From a virus (lineage: Duplodnaviria; Caudoviricetes), in the IMG/VR virus record IMGVR_UViG_3300022220_000004, positions 770 to 64,769 of that record: a stretch of DNA of 64,000 nucleotides; one strand, given 5' to 3'. Of the stretch, positions 1-9,771 are shown piece after piece. The position numbers and the translations under genes are program-made. Position 1 is the stretch's first letter. Every line of letters starts with the position of its first letter. The notes under the pieces are model-generated. The model was not told the DNA's origin. It saw only the letters and a list, made by a program, of their open reading frames with translations, and did no database searches.

Positions 1-514
1 CGTCTTTGCAGTAGGCTGTCACCTTGCGCATCTCGCCATCTCGCAGCATCTGTGGTATCATCCTGGCCTCTACGCCTTCCGTCTTACCACGGCCGAGCGT
101 TGACTTGGCGGCGTTGTCCAGCCCGATGTATTGGCCAGTCTCACGGTGTAGCCAGGCCATCAGATCTATGGTCGAGATGTGTTGTCCCCACGCCTCTGGA
201 ATACTGTTGACCAGCGGCAGCAACTCGATAGCGTGCATCGCCTGGCGCATGAGTCCGCCCCACAGGACTTTGTAATCAAAGCGCAGCAAATTCCAGCCGA
301 CCACAACCGGTGCCTCTATCAGGTACTTGAGCAGATCCACCAGATCTTCCTCATGCCAGGTGCGCCAGGTCACGTCTCGTTCGTCGTAGGTCACAGCTAC
401 GGCCAGGGTGAGCAGGTGTGTATTCTTCCAGCCGCCCACGTCCTCTGCCAACTCGTTGGTTTCCAGGTCCAGGAACACGGCGGGTAGCTCATGCTTCTTA
501 TCAGTCGTCTTCAT
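1..514 (-). CDS. YprB/RNase_H_2-like DEDD exonuclease, 3' end truncated by the window edge (absent from the ORF track)
   Basis: Manual translation from ATG 514: MKTTDKKHELPAVFLDLETN...VVGWNLLRFDY...IDLM...YCKD, matching DxE / GxN..FD / YCxxD exonuclease motifs. Confidence 0.75.
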   Translation of the reverse strand, partial: MKTTDKKHELPAVFLDLETNELAEDVGGWKNTHLLTLAVAVTYDERDVTWRTWHEEDLVDLLKYLIEAPVVVGWNLLRFDYKVLWGGLMRQAMHAIELLPLVNSIPEAWGQHISTIDLMAWLHRETGQYIGLDNAAKSTLGRGKTEGVEARMIPQMLRDGEMRKVTAYCKD

Positions 515-749
515 CTTGCGCCTTCCTTCCACCAGGCACGCCCACACTTACGAGGACGCCGCCGGCAACTATGAGTTCTGCATCATCACTCAGCTTCCAG
601 GCATCACGCTGCCCGTAATCATCTATGGCAGACAGTTCCACTGACAGGCCACACTGCCGGCAGGACGAAACACAGATACTGGCCGGATCGTCGTGTTCTT
701 CCCCACAGTCTGGACACTCCCAGGTACCCCATTCCTCTTCACGTGGCAT
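501..749 (-). CDS. small Zn-ribbon hypothetical protein
   Basis: CPDC and CRQC pairs; tiles with neighbouring minus-strand ORFs. Confidence 0.55.
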   Translation of the reverse strand: MPREEEWGTWECPDCGEEHDDPASICVSSCRQCGLSVELSAIDDYGQRDAWKLSDDAELIVAGGVLVSVGVPGGRKAQDEDD

Positions 750-930
750 CTCTCAGTCTCCCTTCTATCTCAGTTATGATGTCGTTGATACACTGTGCCC
801 GAGTCTCCCAGTACTCCCTGGCCCGTAGCTTGCCCTCTGGCGTCTCAGCCAGTGTCACAGCGGCTTCCAGGTTAGGCCACTGCAGCGCCTCTTTCTTGCG
901 TAGCATCTCCAGTATCTCGCAGCAGGTCAT
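739..930 (-). CDS. hypothetical protein
   Basis: 63-aa helical ORF coupled to neighbours. Confidence 0.4.
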   Translation of the reverse strand: MTCCEILEMLRKKEALQWPNLEAAVTLAETPEGKLRAREYWETRAQCINDIITEIEGRLRDAT

Positions 931-1153
931 CGTCTGTGTCTGGCTCCTGTAGTGTAAAGGTTATGTCGCCCTGCCTCAGTGGGCACCAACTTGGCGGTTC
1001 GTTGGGGTAGACGACGGCGCCGCCCTGTTCCTCTTCCGAGAACTCACGCAGGCTCTCTCGCCCATCGTTCCGGCACCCCGATGTCAGATTTCTGTAGTGG
1101 AAGAGGGGACATTCACGACAGCTGACGATCCCGAACACCCTATACCTCTTCAC
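872..1153 (-). CDS. hypothetical phage protein (CxxCP...WCPL)
   Basis: SCRECPL and PSWCPL motifs, a pattern common in small phage proteins. Confidence 0.55.
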   Translation of the reverse strand: MKRYRVFGIVSCRECPLFHYRNLTSGCRNDGRESLREFSEEEQGGAVVYPNEPPSWCPLRQGDITFTLQEPDTDDDLLRDTGDATQERGAAVA

Positions 1154-1577
1154 TGGCCGGCTTCCCTGGCAGCGGGTACCAGTGCGTGATCAAGTTGGCC
1201 TCAACTGGCACCACGTTCCCGCTATCCGCATGCCAGCAGTCAATCCCCATTCTCCGCACCTGGCGGATCTGTACCTCATCGATCCCCTGCACGTACACCA
1301 GTACCCTGATCCCTGGCGCCGGCATCCCATCCTTGACGCTGATCCACCTTTCCGGGATAGGTAGAGCCAGCAGCAGGCCGGCATCTGTGCAAGAGCGCAT
1401 GAACTTGCCGTAGCTCTCAGGCGTGTTCAGCACCAACGGCCCTTCCCCTGGCTCGATGACCACGGCCTGAGTCCCCTCAAAGACTGTGAGGACCCGCCAC
1501 TTACCCCTACCCCGCACCCTTGCCGCATCCAGCTTTGCCTGCCGGCGCCGCCACCACCCCAGTGTCCTACGTCTCAT
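1140..1577 (-). CDS. DUF551-like phage protein
   Basis: C-terminal WISVKDGMP...VLVY...ITHWYPLP signature. Confidence 0.7.
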   Translation of the reverse strand: MRRRTLGWWRRRQAKLDAARVRGRGKWRVLTVFEGTQAVVIEPGEGPLVLNTPESYGKFMRSCTDAGLLLALPIPERWISVKDGMPAPGIRVLVYVQGIDEVQIRQVRRMGIDCWHADSGNVVPVEANLITHWYPLPGKPASEEV

Positions 1578-1610
1578 CTTCCCTGGCCTCCTTTGCCATC
1601 CTGTTTTCCC

Positions 1611-2063
1611 CTAGACATGATCGCCATGCCTCTCCTTCGACGGCCGGTATCCCTTGTCTTGGGCCTCATCCAGGCATGCAGCCATTTGCGAGATGATGGC
1701 CATGAAGTTGTGGTTGCTCTGAGTCACCACCATCCTGTGAGACGCCAGATCGTGCCCGCCCATCCCCATGTAGTCCCTGCAGGTCTGGATCAACTCTATG
1801 GCCGGCACGGCGAACAGTTCCCGCCACTCTGTGATCGGCGCTGCCTCTTCCCTCCGCACGCAGGCCATGCACTTGATATTGCCTAACGGCATCACCCCGC
1901 CACAGTCCGGGCACTTGGTGCCCTTTAGGAACGCAGCCCTTGCACACGGCGTGCACCTTGTAGGTCCGCCGGCGACAAGCACGCCGCAGTCAAGGCACGC
2001 CCGCACTGTGCCGATGCCGTCTATGAATCCAGTCAGGACCTCCCCTAGCTCACTGCCCATCAC
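1611..2063 (-). CDS. multi-CxxC Zn-binding hypothetical protein
   Basis: four CxxC pairs; SD GGGGAGGG upstream. Confidence 0.55.
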   Translation of the reverse strand: MMGSELGEVLTGFIDGIGTVRACLDCGVLVAGGPTRCTPCARAAFLKGTKCPDCGGVMPLGNIKCMACVRREEAAPITEWRELFAVPAIELIQTCRDYMGMGGHDLASHRMVVTQSNHNFMAIISQMAACLDEAQDKGYRPSKERHGDHV

Positions 2064-2411
2064 TCACCCCTCCCCCCTCTTCAACGCCCAGTATCTGTCT
2101 TGCCACATCTTCTTCTCTCCCCTGACCCGCATCCACTGCGACTTGTAGCCAGCAGCTGACAACAGCGCCTTTGTGGCCCGCTCTCTCTCAGTCGCCAGGA
2201 ACTCACTCAGGCGCCCGGCGTACTCTTCCCACTCCGCAAGCCTGACCTCCAGCCCGACTACCTTTAGCTCTAGCTCTGCCTTCGTCGGCCTAAAGTGCAT
2301 GGAATGGCCGGCCGGACAAAAGAACTCTTCCCCGGTGTCCACTTTACCTTTGTGGAAGCTCACGCTCACCCCGAATGTTATGTCACACGTTGGACATCTA
2401 ACCTGCTGCAT
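2064..2411 (-). CDS. Zn-finger plus coiled-coil hypothetical protein (start reassigned to MQQVRC)
   Basis: CPTC...FFCPAGH then a helical tail; SD GAGGAAGG. Confidence 0.55.
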   Translation of the reverse strand: MQQVRCPTCDITFGVSVSFHKGKVDTGEEFFCPAGHSMHFRPTKAELELKVVGLEVRLAEWEEYAGRLSEFLATERERATKALLSAAGYKSQWMRVRGEKKMWQDRYWALKRGEG

Positions 2412-2425
2412 AGTTCCTTCCTCTC

Positions 2426-2782
2426 CTATCCCACACCCATGATCGGCACGCCGGCATTTCCCAGTACCCGGCCGGCCCATCTCTCGTGCTTCTCCGCCAC
2501 GCTGAAACAGAGCGTGTCCCACACTACCACAAAGCCCCACGCCTCCACGCCTTTCTTGCTCAGCAGCCACATGATCTCGCGCCCACTAAGCGGGCAGCAG
2601 TCATAGTCTACCATGAAGACAGCGTGAGGCCCACGAACCATATCCTGGACGACCGCACCAACTGGCCCGATCCAGTCCGCAGACGCCGCAATCTTTAGCA
2701 GAAAGTCGGCAACATCGAACTCACCCTCTGCCGGCCTGGCATCTACCCCATCCAGCTGCATAACCGCCGCATCTGTGCTCAT
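2426..2782 (-). CDS. hypothetical protein
   Basis: ORF tiling in the minus-strand operon. Confidence 0.5.
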   Translation of the reverse strand: MSTDAAVMQLDGVDARPAEGEFDVADFLLKIAASADWIGPVGAVVQDMVRGPHAVFMVDYDCCPLSGREIMWLLSKKGVEAWGFVVVWDTLCFSVAEKHERWAGRVLGNAGVPIMGVG

Positions 2783-2801
2783 TAGACTTTGCTCACCAAC
2801 T

Positions 2802-3023
2802 CTATGGACCCTGGAAGATTAGCACTTCACCGGCCGTGGTGCGGTAGTACGTCTCACCGTCCTGCAGCTTCGGGCATGGCAGATAGCGCTTGGGCACGTC
2901 TTCGTCCAAGGCTTCGTCTTCTGGATCAACCTCAAACCAAAGTATCCTGCGTGTCTCTTGCTCCCCAGTGTGCGAGATCTTGACGTGCATGAAGCCTGTA
3001 GGTAGGTTATCCGCCATGGCCAT
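2802..3023 (-). CDS. hypothetical protein
   Basis: ORF tiling. Confidence 0.45.
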   Translation of the reverse strand: MAMADNLPTGFMHVKISHTGEQETRRILWFEVDPEDEALDEDVPKRYLPCPKLQDGETYYRTTAGEVLIFQGP

Positions 3024-3417
3024 TATCCCTTGCCGCTTCCTCTACCTTGTCGGCGCTCATACCGGCAAAGTCATCAGTCTCCAGGATGGCGGCAACCTCT
3101 TCCCGAGTCAACTCTACCACCATTCCGGTGTCCCAGTCCTGGCTGTGCACCCTGGCCATCCAGTCTTCCTTGTCGCCCCATCCATCCAGCCCGGTCAGCG
3201 GTGTCCTGTAGGCGACGGCGCAGCGGCCGACCATCTCTGCTACCTTCTCCGCAGTGCTCAAGCCGCCCTTGTCTGGCGACATGTCGTAAAAGTTTTTCTG
3301 CCAGCCATCTATTTCTACAGCGTCGATCACTTCCTGGTCCAGGTCCAGGATGGCGGCGCAGCGGACCACGATCCCAAAGTACCTGGTCACCTTTTCCTCT
3401 TTGTCAGACGAGTTCAT
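3007..3417 (-). CDS. hypothetical acidic protein
   Basis: ORF tiling; SD GGAGG upstream. Confidence 0.5.
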   Translation of the reverse strand: MNSSDKEEKVTRYFGIVVRCAAILDLDQEVIDAVEIDGWQKNFYDMSPDKGGLSTAEKVAEMVGRCAVAYRTPLTGLDGWGDKEDWMARVHSQDWDTGMVVELTREEVAAILETDDFAGMSADKVEEAARDNGHGG

Positions 3418-3745
3418 AGCCCAGTTCCTCCAGTTCTGCCCCGGTCACCCAGTTATCACCGAACGGCCACTTTATCTCTGTGTCCTCATCCCACTCATCG
3501 CCGGCAATGCACTCGCAGCGCCAGTACAGCAACCAGCCATCACCAGTGTTGTGCGCAACCTTGGTTAGTCTCCGGTCACACCACCCGCAAAGCCCGATCT
3601 CCTGACGCCAGATCTTGACGCCGCACATGGGGAGGAAGCAGATATAGATGGCCGATTCTTTCCACTTGATATAGGCGCCGATCCACAGGTCGTACCAGCG
3701 GAAAAAGCGCTTGACCCGCCATCGCTTAGCCGTCTTTATGGCCAC
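3404..3745 (-). CDS. hypothetical protein (start reassigned to GTG 3745)
   Basis: WYDLWIGAY motif plus CGWC; SD GGAAGGGGG. Confidence 0.5.
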   Translation of the reverse strand: MAIKTAKRWRVKRFFRWYDLWIGAYIKWKESAIYICFLPMCGVKIWRQEIGLCGWCDRRLTKVAHNTGDGWLLYWRCECIAGDEWDEDTEIKWPFGDNWVTGAELEELGYELV

Positions 3746-4143
3746 CTGGCTGTACCCCCTTCCAGCTTGGTGTAGTTCTCTTTGATAGCCCTGGCCACAG
3801 CTGCGCACTTGCTGCAGATCTGGCCGGCCTTGGGCCTGGACTTGTCCGGCCCTGGCCACAGGCCGCACAGGGACATGGCCGCAGAGCGTACACCCCAAAT
3901 ATGATCCTTCATACCACCCTTGGCTGTCTGCCCGAGGTCGGCGCCATGCTGCCTTGCCCACTCTTCCAGATCCTGATAGTAGGGCAGCGTCATGTCCCCG
4001 CTTTGGGCTGGCCGATCCTTCACAGAGGCCCGTAGCTCTTGGGCTGTCTCCTGCAGCACGTCGGCCAGCTGCCTCATGGATTCGTCGTGATCCTCTGCCG
4101 TTTCCGGCAACTCCACAATCTCGTACTCTTCCCCCTGGCTCAC
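3736..4143 (-). CDS. hypothetical protein with C-terminal Zn-finger
   Basis: H..SLCG..CSKC. Confidence 0.5.
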   Translation of the reverse strand: MSQGEEYEIVELPETAEDHDESMRQLADVLQETAQELRASVKDRPAQSGDMTLPYYQDLEEWARQHGADLGQTAKGGMKDHIWGVRSAAMSLCGLWPGPDKSRPKAGQICSKCAAVARAIKENYTKLEGGTARWP

Positions 4144-4547
4144 CGATCCCCCCTTTCCAGGACACGCATGAGTTTTCGTAGCACACAGGGATCTTTCACC
4201 CGGATCTGGAATGACAGGTCACTAAAGACGGTCCACCCCTCTTTCGTGCCCAGTACTTCCTCTAGCAGGGCCTCGACCTCTGGTGCCATCGAGCGCATCT
4301 TAGACTCGTTCCGCTTCCTTTGCTTCCACCTGGCGTCTGCGGCATCCTGCCTGGCCTTGTGCGCTGCCCACAGTTCCACTACCCGATTGGCCTGCACTGT
4401 GACCTGGCGCGTGAGGTAGACACCCTCCATCAGAACAGCGGCCTTGGCATACTCTGACTGCTTATAACCAACCTCGATCACCTTCATCGGCTGGCTATGG
4501 CCCTTGCACTTGTACGTCTCGCCCACTTGGATGTCTACCATCTTCAT
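4140..4547 (-). CDS. hypothetical protein, paralog of 4544-4954
   Basis: MKMVDIQVGETY...WAAHKARQDA. Confidence 0.55.
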   Translation of the reverse strand: MKMVDIQVGETYKCKGHSQPMKVIEVGYKQSEYAKAAVLMEGVYLTRQVTVQANRVVELWAAHKARQDAADARWKQRKRNESKMRSMAPEVEALLEEVLGTKEGWTVFSDLSFQIRVKDPCVLRKLMRVLERGDR

Positions 4548-4954
4548 GACTCTTCCACCATCCTTTCCAGTGCCTCTGTGAGGACTGCCACGGCATTGGG
4601 GGTAAGTAGCTCGATAGACACACGGGACAGGCGGCAAACATCGTAGGACCACTCACCACCGACGACCTTGCCCAGTGCGGCCTCCAGTGCCGGCAGAAGA
4701 GGATCTACCGCAGCCCTGTAGGCAATGTCGGCCTCATCCCTCTGCCGCCAGGCATCATTGCGGGCTTCGTGATCTGCCCATGGCTCGATGATCTCCCTTG
4801 GGTGCACAATTCGCTCGCGTATCCCACCTTTGTTGCACACCTTGATCCCACGGTGCGCAAAGGCCGTGGTGACAACGCCCTTCTCTAGGACGACGGCCAT
4901 CTGGTCATCCCGCATCCGGTAGTACACGCCAACCTTGATCTTTTTCGCCTTCAT
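4544..4954 (-). CDS. hypothetical protein, paralog of 4140-4547
   Basis: MKAKKIKVGVYY...WADHEARNDA; ATGA overlaps with neighbours. Confidence 0.6.
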   Translation of the reverse strand: MKAKKIKVGVYYRMRDDQMAVVLEKGVVTTAFAHRGIKVCNKGGIRERIVHPREIIEPWADHEARNDAWRQRDEADIAYRAAVDPLLPALEAALGKVVGGEWSYDVCRLSRVSIELLTPNAVAVLTEALERMVEES

Positions 4955-5373
4955 GTCCCCGCCTCTTCCGCCAGCTTTTCCTTGGCCACATCATCTTCCA
5001 GGGAGAGCATCACCACCAGGCACAGATCGTGATCCCACAAGACACTTGTGACCGTGGGCACCATGCCCAGGAAGCTCTCTTGCCATCTGTCCAGGTTGAA
5101 CTGCACCATGGCCGTAAGGTTGTCAGAGTCCATGACTATCTCTGCCGGCACCGTTGAGGAAGAGGGCATTGTCACCACCAGGGAAGTGCCGGCAACCCCC
5201 GGCGTCTCTATTGTGGCATCTAGCCCGATAACGATGTCTGCGCCTGGCCCACCCTGCAGCACCTTCTCCCTTACCCACCTGCCAACCAACTCTTCCAGCA
5301 AGTAGTGCGGAATGACCAGGCTCATGCTGTATTGTGGTAGCGCTTCGTACTCCGCCTTGTTCTCAGTCACCAC
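4951..5373 (-). CDS. hypothetical protein
   Basis: coupled ORF. Confidence 0.5.
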   Translation of the reverse strand: MVTENKAEYEALPQYSMSLVIPHYLLEELVGRWVREKVLQGGPGADIVIGLDATIETPGVAGTSLVVTMPSSSTVPAEIVMDSDNLTAMVQFNLDRWQESFLGMVPTVTSVLWDHDLCLVVMLSLEDDVAKEKLAEEAGT

Positions 5374-5707
5374 GCACCGCCCTTACGCACTCCTGGTACA
5401 GTTCGGCCGTGCGATCCTGCGCACGTGACTGGAGTAGCAGGCCGTTCAGCCTGGCGAGCCTGGCCGCATCCTCTGCGTCTGGCGCCCGCTTCTTGCTCAG
5501 CGCCATGGCCTCCACAACCATGGCCTCTACAACGCCCGGCCAGTCCCTGTCAACCTGGACGGCCCCGATCTTGACCAGCGCGATCTCTGCTACCCTGGCC
5601 AGCGCCGCTGCCTCTTCGTCGCCCAACTCGTAACCGGCCTCCATCATATCGGCCAGCCAGTTAAGCTCTCTAATGATCCGCCCCACCTTCTTTTCCGTCT
5701 TGCTCAT
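5363..5707 (-). CDS. hypothetical protein
   Basis: coupled ORF with SD. Confidence 0.5.
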   Translation of the reverse strand: MSKTEKKVGRIIRELNWLADMMEAGYELGDEEAAALARVAEIALVKIGAVQVDRDWPGVVEAMVVEAMALSKKRAPDAEDAARLARLNGLLLQSRAQDRTAELYQECVRAVRGD

Positions 5708-6447
5708 TCCGCCCCCCTTTCTTTGAGTTTCCTTGCCCAGTTACGCCCAGTTCGAGCACTCACGCCGGCAGCTTCTGCGATCTGCCTGCCGGTCCACCCG
5801 GCAGCTTCCGGGTGCTCACGTAACAGTCTTTCCGGTGTCATCCGGCCATTGCCGGAAACCACCCCCACCCTTCCGGCAGTTGCCGGAAGATTGCCGGAAG
5901 ACCTAGCCTTCTCTGCCCTGGCCCTGGCCCTCTCTTGCGCCGTCTTTTCCTTGGCCAGTCGCAGTTCCTGTTCCCTGCCCTGCCTCACCAGATCAACCTC
6001 TTCCCTGGCAGAGATCTCCTGGATACCCACCACCACGCCGGCCAGGACAGCCGTCATAATCGCTACACTTGGTGCAGAAAGTCCAAGGATGACAGACTGC
6101 CACCACTGCCAGGAGAGCGCAGCTGCTGGCGAGTACTTGGTGTAGTAGGCGATATTGGCCACGGCGCTGAATGCACCCATGACCAGGGTCCCGGACACAA
6201 GCAGTGCCATGTAGCGCCGCTTGCCCTGGATCTCCCTGGCCATGAAAAAAGCAAAGAGCGCAAAGCCAGCCTCTAGCGCCACAGCCGCCAAGATGGCGTC
6301 CCAGGACTGCAGGAGAGAGCCAGGCCGGCCAAGGCCGATCATGACATCAGCAGCCTTGCGCACGTTGGCGACGATGGCCAGCGCCATCACGGTTATGGAG
6401 GCCCACGACATTAGGCGTTCGCTAGTCACCGCTCTGTTCCTCTTCAA
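5704..6447 (-). CDS. membrane protein with coiled coil and C-terminal HTH (DUF2637/SpdA-like architecture)
   Basis: about four hydrophobic segments, then TGRQIAEAAGVSARTGRNW HTH. Confidence 0.6.
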   Translation of the reverse strand: MKRNRAVTSERLMSWASITVMALAIVANVRKAADVMIGLGRPGSLLQSWDAILAAVALEAGFALFAFFMAREIQGKRRYMALLVSGTLVMGAFSAVANIAYYTKYSPAAALSWQWWQSVILGLSAPSVAIMTAVLAGVVVGIQEISAREEVDLVRQGREQELRLAKEKTAQERARARAEKARSSGNLPATAGRVGVVSGNGRMTPERLLREHPEAAGWTGRQIAEAAGVSARTGRNWARKLKERGAE

Positions 6448-6769
6448 TCTCTCTCATCATGCGCCGGCGCTCCACTGCCAGGTAGGTGATAAGATCTGGA
6501 AACCTACTGGCCTCTGCATAGGAGATCTGCAGACTGCGCCGATGGCCGTCAAGGTCATAGCTCACATGCAGAATGCCTGGCCAGTCGCCAACCCATTCAA
6601 CCTCTGTGGTGTCCAGCGCCCGCTTGGCCTCTATTTGCAGATCGTTCCTGGTCACGGCCGTTTTCTCGCACCTGGTGCAGATCCCGGTCTGTAACCGCCT
6701 ATTGAAGATCCAGGCAGTCCTGCACATCCGACAAAGATACATACCGCCCTTGGTCTGTTGTAGTTTCAT
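6422..6769 (-). CDS. Zn-ribbon hypothetical protein
   Basis: CRMC / CTRC. Confidence 0.5.
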   Translation of the reverse strand: MKLQQTKGGMYLCRMCRTAWIFNRRLQTGICTRCEKTAVTRNDLQIEAKRALDTTEVEWVGDWPGILHVSYDLDGHRRSLQISYAEASRFPDLITYLAVERRRMMREIEEEQSGD

Positions 6770-6984
6770 GATGTAAGAGTCGCCAGTAGGGCACAGGCCA
6801 CGGCAAAGGCCAGCGGAACACCTGGCCAGATGGCGTCAACCGCGCCCTCCTGGTACAGGTGAAACAAGAGCAGGAAGAGGATGAAGAAGATCGCCACCCC
6901 GTGCACCAGCGCCATGCTCACTGGGTAGCGGCGCCAGTTGAACTTATAGTCATGAATTGTGTACTTTAGCCGATGCGGGATCAC
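6766..6984 (-). CDS. small membrane protein
   Basis: two hydrophobic helices; ATGA coupling. Confidence 0.5.
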   Translation of the reverse strand: MIPHRLKYTIHDYKFNWRRYPVSMALVHGVAIFFILFLLLFHLYQEGAVDAIWPGVPLAFAVACALLATLTS

Positions 6985-7442
6985 TCTTCTTCTCCTGCTA
7001 TGCGCCTTATGGCGCCCATCTGATCCTCAAGATCCACCAGCGTGCGCTCCAGACGCTCGCTGCCCTCCAGGCTACTTATGTCCGCACTGCTGGCCAGGTA
7101 GCTGGTCAGGCTGGCGACCGTCAACAGCTGCCCGGCGACGGTCTTGACCAGCGCCTCTATGACAAGCGTAGCCGCCTTGATCTCTTCCACGTCTTCTGCG
7201 CCGTTCCCGTTCAGCAGCGCCAGAATGGCCCTGGCGTGCGGCCCCGGTTCCCAGTGCGGCTTTGTCACGCCCCCAACTGTCTGGCTGCGATCTATGGGCG
7301 GTTCTTTGAGGATTACGTACGGCTTGAGACTGCCCATGTCCTGGATCACGACCGTCGGCGGATCGCCCTTTACCTTCCCTTCCATGCTGTACCTGATCTC
7401 GTACACTGGTGAATCCCCTTTCAGTTTGGTATATGCCCCCAC
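6981..7442 (-). CDS. hypothetical protein
   Basis: coupled ORF. Confidence 0.5.
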   Translation of the reverse strand: MGAYTKLKGDSPVYEIRYSMEGKVKGDPPTVVIQDMGSLKPYVILKEPPIDRSQTVGGVTKPHWEPGPHARAILALLNGNGAEDVEEIKAATLVIEALVKTVAGQLLTVASLTSYLASSADISSLEGSERLERTLVDLEDQMGAIRRIAGEEE

Positions 7443-7894
7443 GGCCAGCCACGTAGAGTTAGTGGCCCATCACAGTTGACGGTATCCCAGGCCGTGAGAG
7501 ATGCCTGTGATGGCGTCCACCAACTTTGTTCAGAAACTCTATAGAATTGCATGGTCATCCTGCCGGTGTGGAAGTTCCCGTACCACTCCCTCATGTGCAG
7601 CGGGATGTCTAGGCCAAATGGCATACGATCTTCCACTGGCCAGACCGGATAGTGCAGCAGGCACCCGGTGTCCCGTACGGGTACACCGTCCAGGCAGTGG
7701 CCATTGGGTAGACAGCCGTAGGCCAGATCCTTGCAGTCCAGGTACCCGCCCAGTAGCCACTCTGTTGGCACGGCTACCCATTCTTTACTCGTGTCGTAGG
7801 CGTGGCCCCTGCAGGCCAGGCCCGTACCCTCTGGCGCCTCGTAGATGGTGACACCCATCGTGATGGCGATTGTCGCTGTGATGATTTGTGTCAC
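7421..7894 (-). CDS. hypothetical protein, possible DPBB/3D-like domain
   Basis: WVAVP...VRDTG pattern; weak resemblance only. Confidence 0.4.
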   Translation of the reverse strand: MTQIITATIAITMGVTIYEAPEGTGLACRGHAYDTSKEWVAVPTEWLLGGYLDCKDLAYGCLPNGHCLDGVPVRDTGCLLHYPVWPVEDRMPFGLDIPLHMREWYGNFHTGRMTMQFYRVSEQSWWTPSQASLTAWDTVNCDGPLTLRGWPWGHIPN

Positions 7895-8121
7895 TAGAAC
7901 ATCTCCATTGGCGCCGGCCGTGGCCTGCCCGGCAGGTAGTGGGTCCCACCATCCGGCAGGCAGATAGGTGTCGGTGTTGGCAGTGGCGACAGCGGCGACT
8001 CGAACGGTGATGTGAAGGTGGTGCCGTTCGATGGCGCGACAGGTAGCCCGAGCAAGACAATGAACAGCGCACTGAGCGCTATGAGAAGTAGTAGCAACCT
8101 AACGCCTCGCTTGTTTGTCAT
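7894..8121 (-). CDS. small secreted or membrane-anchored Pro-rich protein
   Basis: signal-like hydrophobic N-terminus then SPFESPLSPLPTPTP. Confidence 0.5.
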   Translation of the reverse strand: MTNKRGVRLLLLLIALSALFIVLLGLPVAPSNGTTFTSPFESPLSPLPTPTPICLPDGGTHYLPGRPRPAPMEMF

Positions 8122-8123
8122 GG

Positions 8124-9347
8124 CTACACATCCACCACGGCGAACGGGTCAGCGCTGCCGGCAAGTTCCCTGTCTTCCGTCATCATCCCCTGGTCCATGT
8201 CCACAATCGCCGGGATGTCTGGCTTGCCACTGTAGACAACTAGTGCCGGCACCCCCATACAGCCTTGCAGGCACTCCACAGCCTCTTCCCCGCGCCCAAC
8301 GGGCACGACCGCAACGGCACCAAGTCTGCACTCAGAGTCCATGCGCCTGGGTACTTGCTCATACATCCGCCACGGCTCTATATGGGCTAGCTCGATGGCG
8401 ATCCCTACCTCGTGCAGCACTGTCACGACGTTGATCGGCCCTTCCCCGCCCATTGCCCACTTGATCACGTCGCACTCAGCGCCGCCCGAGATCTCCATAA
8501 GCGAGCGTTGCCTTTCCTGGCGTGCGTGGTGGTACAGATCGTTCAGTTCGTTAGCCATGAAGCTGAAAAAGGCTCGCAAGCCAACGTGCTGGTGCTCAGT
8601 CACATCAACGGCCTGGGCCTGCCTTAGTCTTGAGTCCATAATCTCTATCAGTCCCCCCAGGTGATTCATTGCTGCCCGTACGCGATGGACGTGCATCTGT
8701 TCCATATCCTCGTGCGGGTAGATGGTCACCGTAAAGTCGCAAGTGTGGTCACTGGCGATCCAGTTGATCCTGCAGTATCTGTGGCTGACATCGCCCACTT
8801 TCTCATCTGGATGCCGCACTGTGGCCAAGGGCTGCGGCCTGGGTGATGTCCACTGAGCCATGTTCCCCACTGTCTCCCCTGCCGCCCTTGCTGCCTGTCC
8901 CGCCTGATCGAAGGCGATCACCATATCAGCTACTGACTGCTGCGAATGGCCCATGAGCGCCGCCATTTCGGCCAGGACCTCATCACTTATGGTAGTGACG
9001 CTACTGCCGAACCTGACCTGGCGACTCGTGCGCAGCATATCTTCCTCGTACGGCTCACTCACGAGAATCCTTGGCGTGTAGCCGGCATAGGCAGCGGCTA
9101 CTCCCCTGGCTAGCTGCGGACTAAGGTTGATAAATCCTTCATCATTGGACGGTGCGGCCACTTCCTGGCCCTCATCTTCCGCCAGGGCCTCAGGCTCATC
9201 AGTCACTATGACGCACCTGCAGTTTTGGTGAGTCAGCGTCCCCTGATCGCTGATAACTTCCAACATCTTCTGTTCTAACAGCTGTCTGAACCGGGCGGTA
9301 AGGTATGCGGGCATTTCTTCCATTCTCCCCAAAGCGGATTGGCTCAC
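8124..9347 (-). CDS. hypothetical protein (start uncertain)
   Basis: 407-aa ORF, no recognisable motif. Confidence 0.6.
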   Translation of the reverse strand: MSQSALGRMEEMPAYLTARFRQLLEQKMLEVISDQGTLTHQNCRCVIVTDEPEALAEDEGQEVAAPSNDEGFINLSPQLARGVAAAYAGYTPRILVSEPYEEDMLRTSRQVRFGSSVTTISDEVLAEMAALMGHSQQSVADMVIAFDQAGQAARAAGETVGNMAQWTSPRPQPLATVRHPDEKVGDVSHRYCRINWIASDHTCDFTVTIYPHEDMEQMHVHRVRAAMNHLGGLIEIMDSRLRQAQAVDVTEHQHVGLRAFFSFMANELNDLYHHARQERQRSLMEISGGAECDVIKWAMGGEGPINVVTVLHEVGIAIELAHIEPWRMYEQVPRRMDSECRLGAVAVVPVGRGEEAVECLQGCMGVPALVVYSGKPDIPAIVDMDQGMMTEDRELAGSADPFAVVDV

Positions 9348-9771
9348 CGGGAATCCAAAGCTCTGTAGTGCCGTACTGCAGCTGCAAAGTGTGTCGTTCC
9401 TTGGCCCGGCCGTCCATGTACAGTATAACCGCTACCACAGCAGCCGCAACTGCCAGGAAGCACAGGGCGATCACAAGATAGGGGAACATGCCGGCGGCGA
9501 CCGTTCCGATCTGTGCCGTCCTGGCGTCCACCAAGTTGGCCTGCGCATCCAGCTGCGCAGCCCTGGCCCACGCATGCTCTGCCTTCGCCTTCCCGATGTT
9601 TTCAATCGTTCTCAGCAGGATCATCCCCATGATTGCCAGCGCACCGGCGATAACGACAAAGATCCCGCCGATTCTGACCAGAAAGTCCACGCCATCACCC
9701 CCGTTCCCCGCACCGGCCTCTATTGCGGCCCTTGCTTCGAGATAGTCTACAAATTCGAGATCTCCCGACAT
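9199..9771 (-). CDS. membrane protein with two TM segments
   Basis: SD GGAGG before MSGDLEF; two hydrophobic helices. Confidence 0.5.
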   Translation of the reverse strand: MSGDLEFVDYLEARAAIEAGAGNGGDGVDFLVRIGGIFVVIAGALAIMGMILLRTIENIGKAKAEHAWARAAQLDAQANLVDARTAQIGTVAAGMFPYLVIALCFLAVAAAVVAVILYMDGRAKERHTLQLQYGTTELWIPGEPIRFGENGRNARIPYRPVQTAVRTEDVGSYQRSGDADSPKLQVRHSD

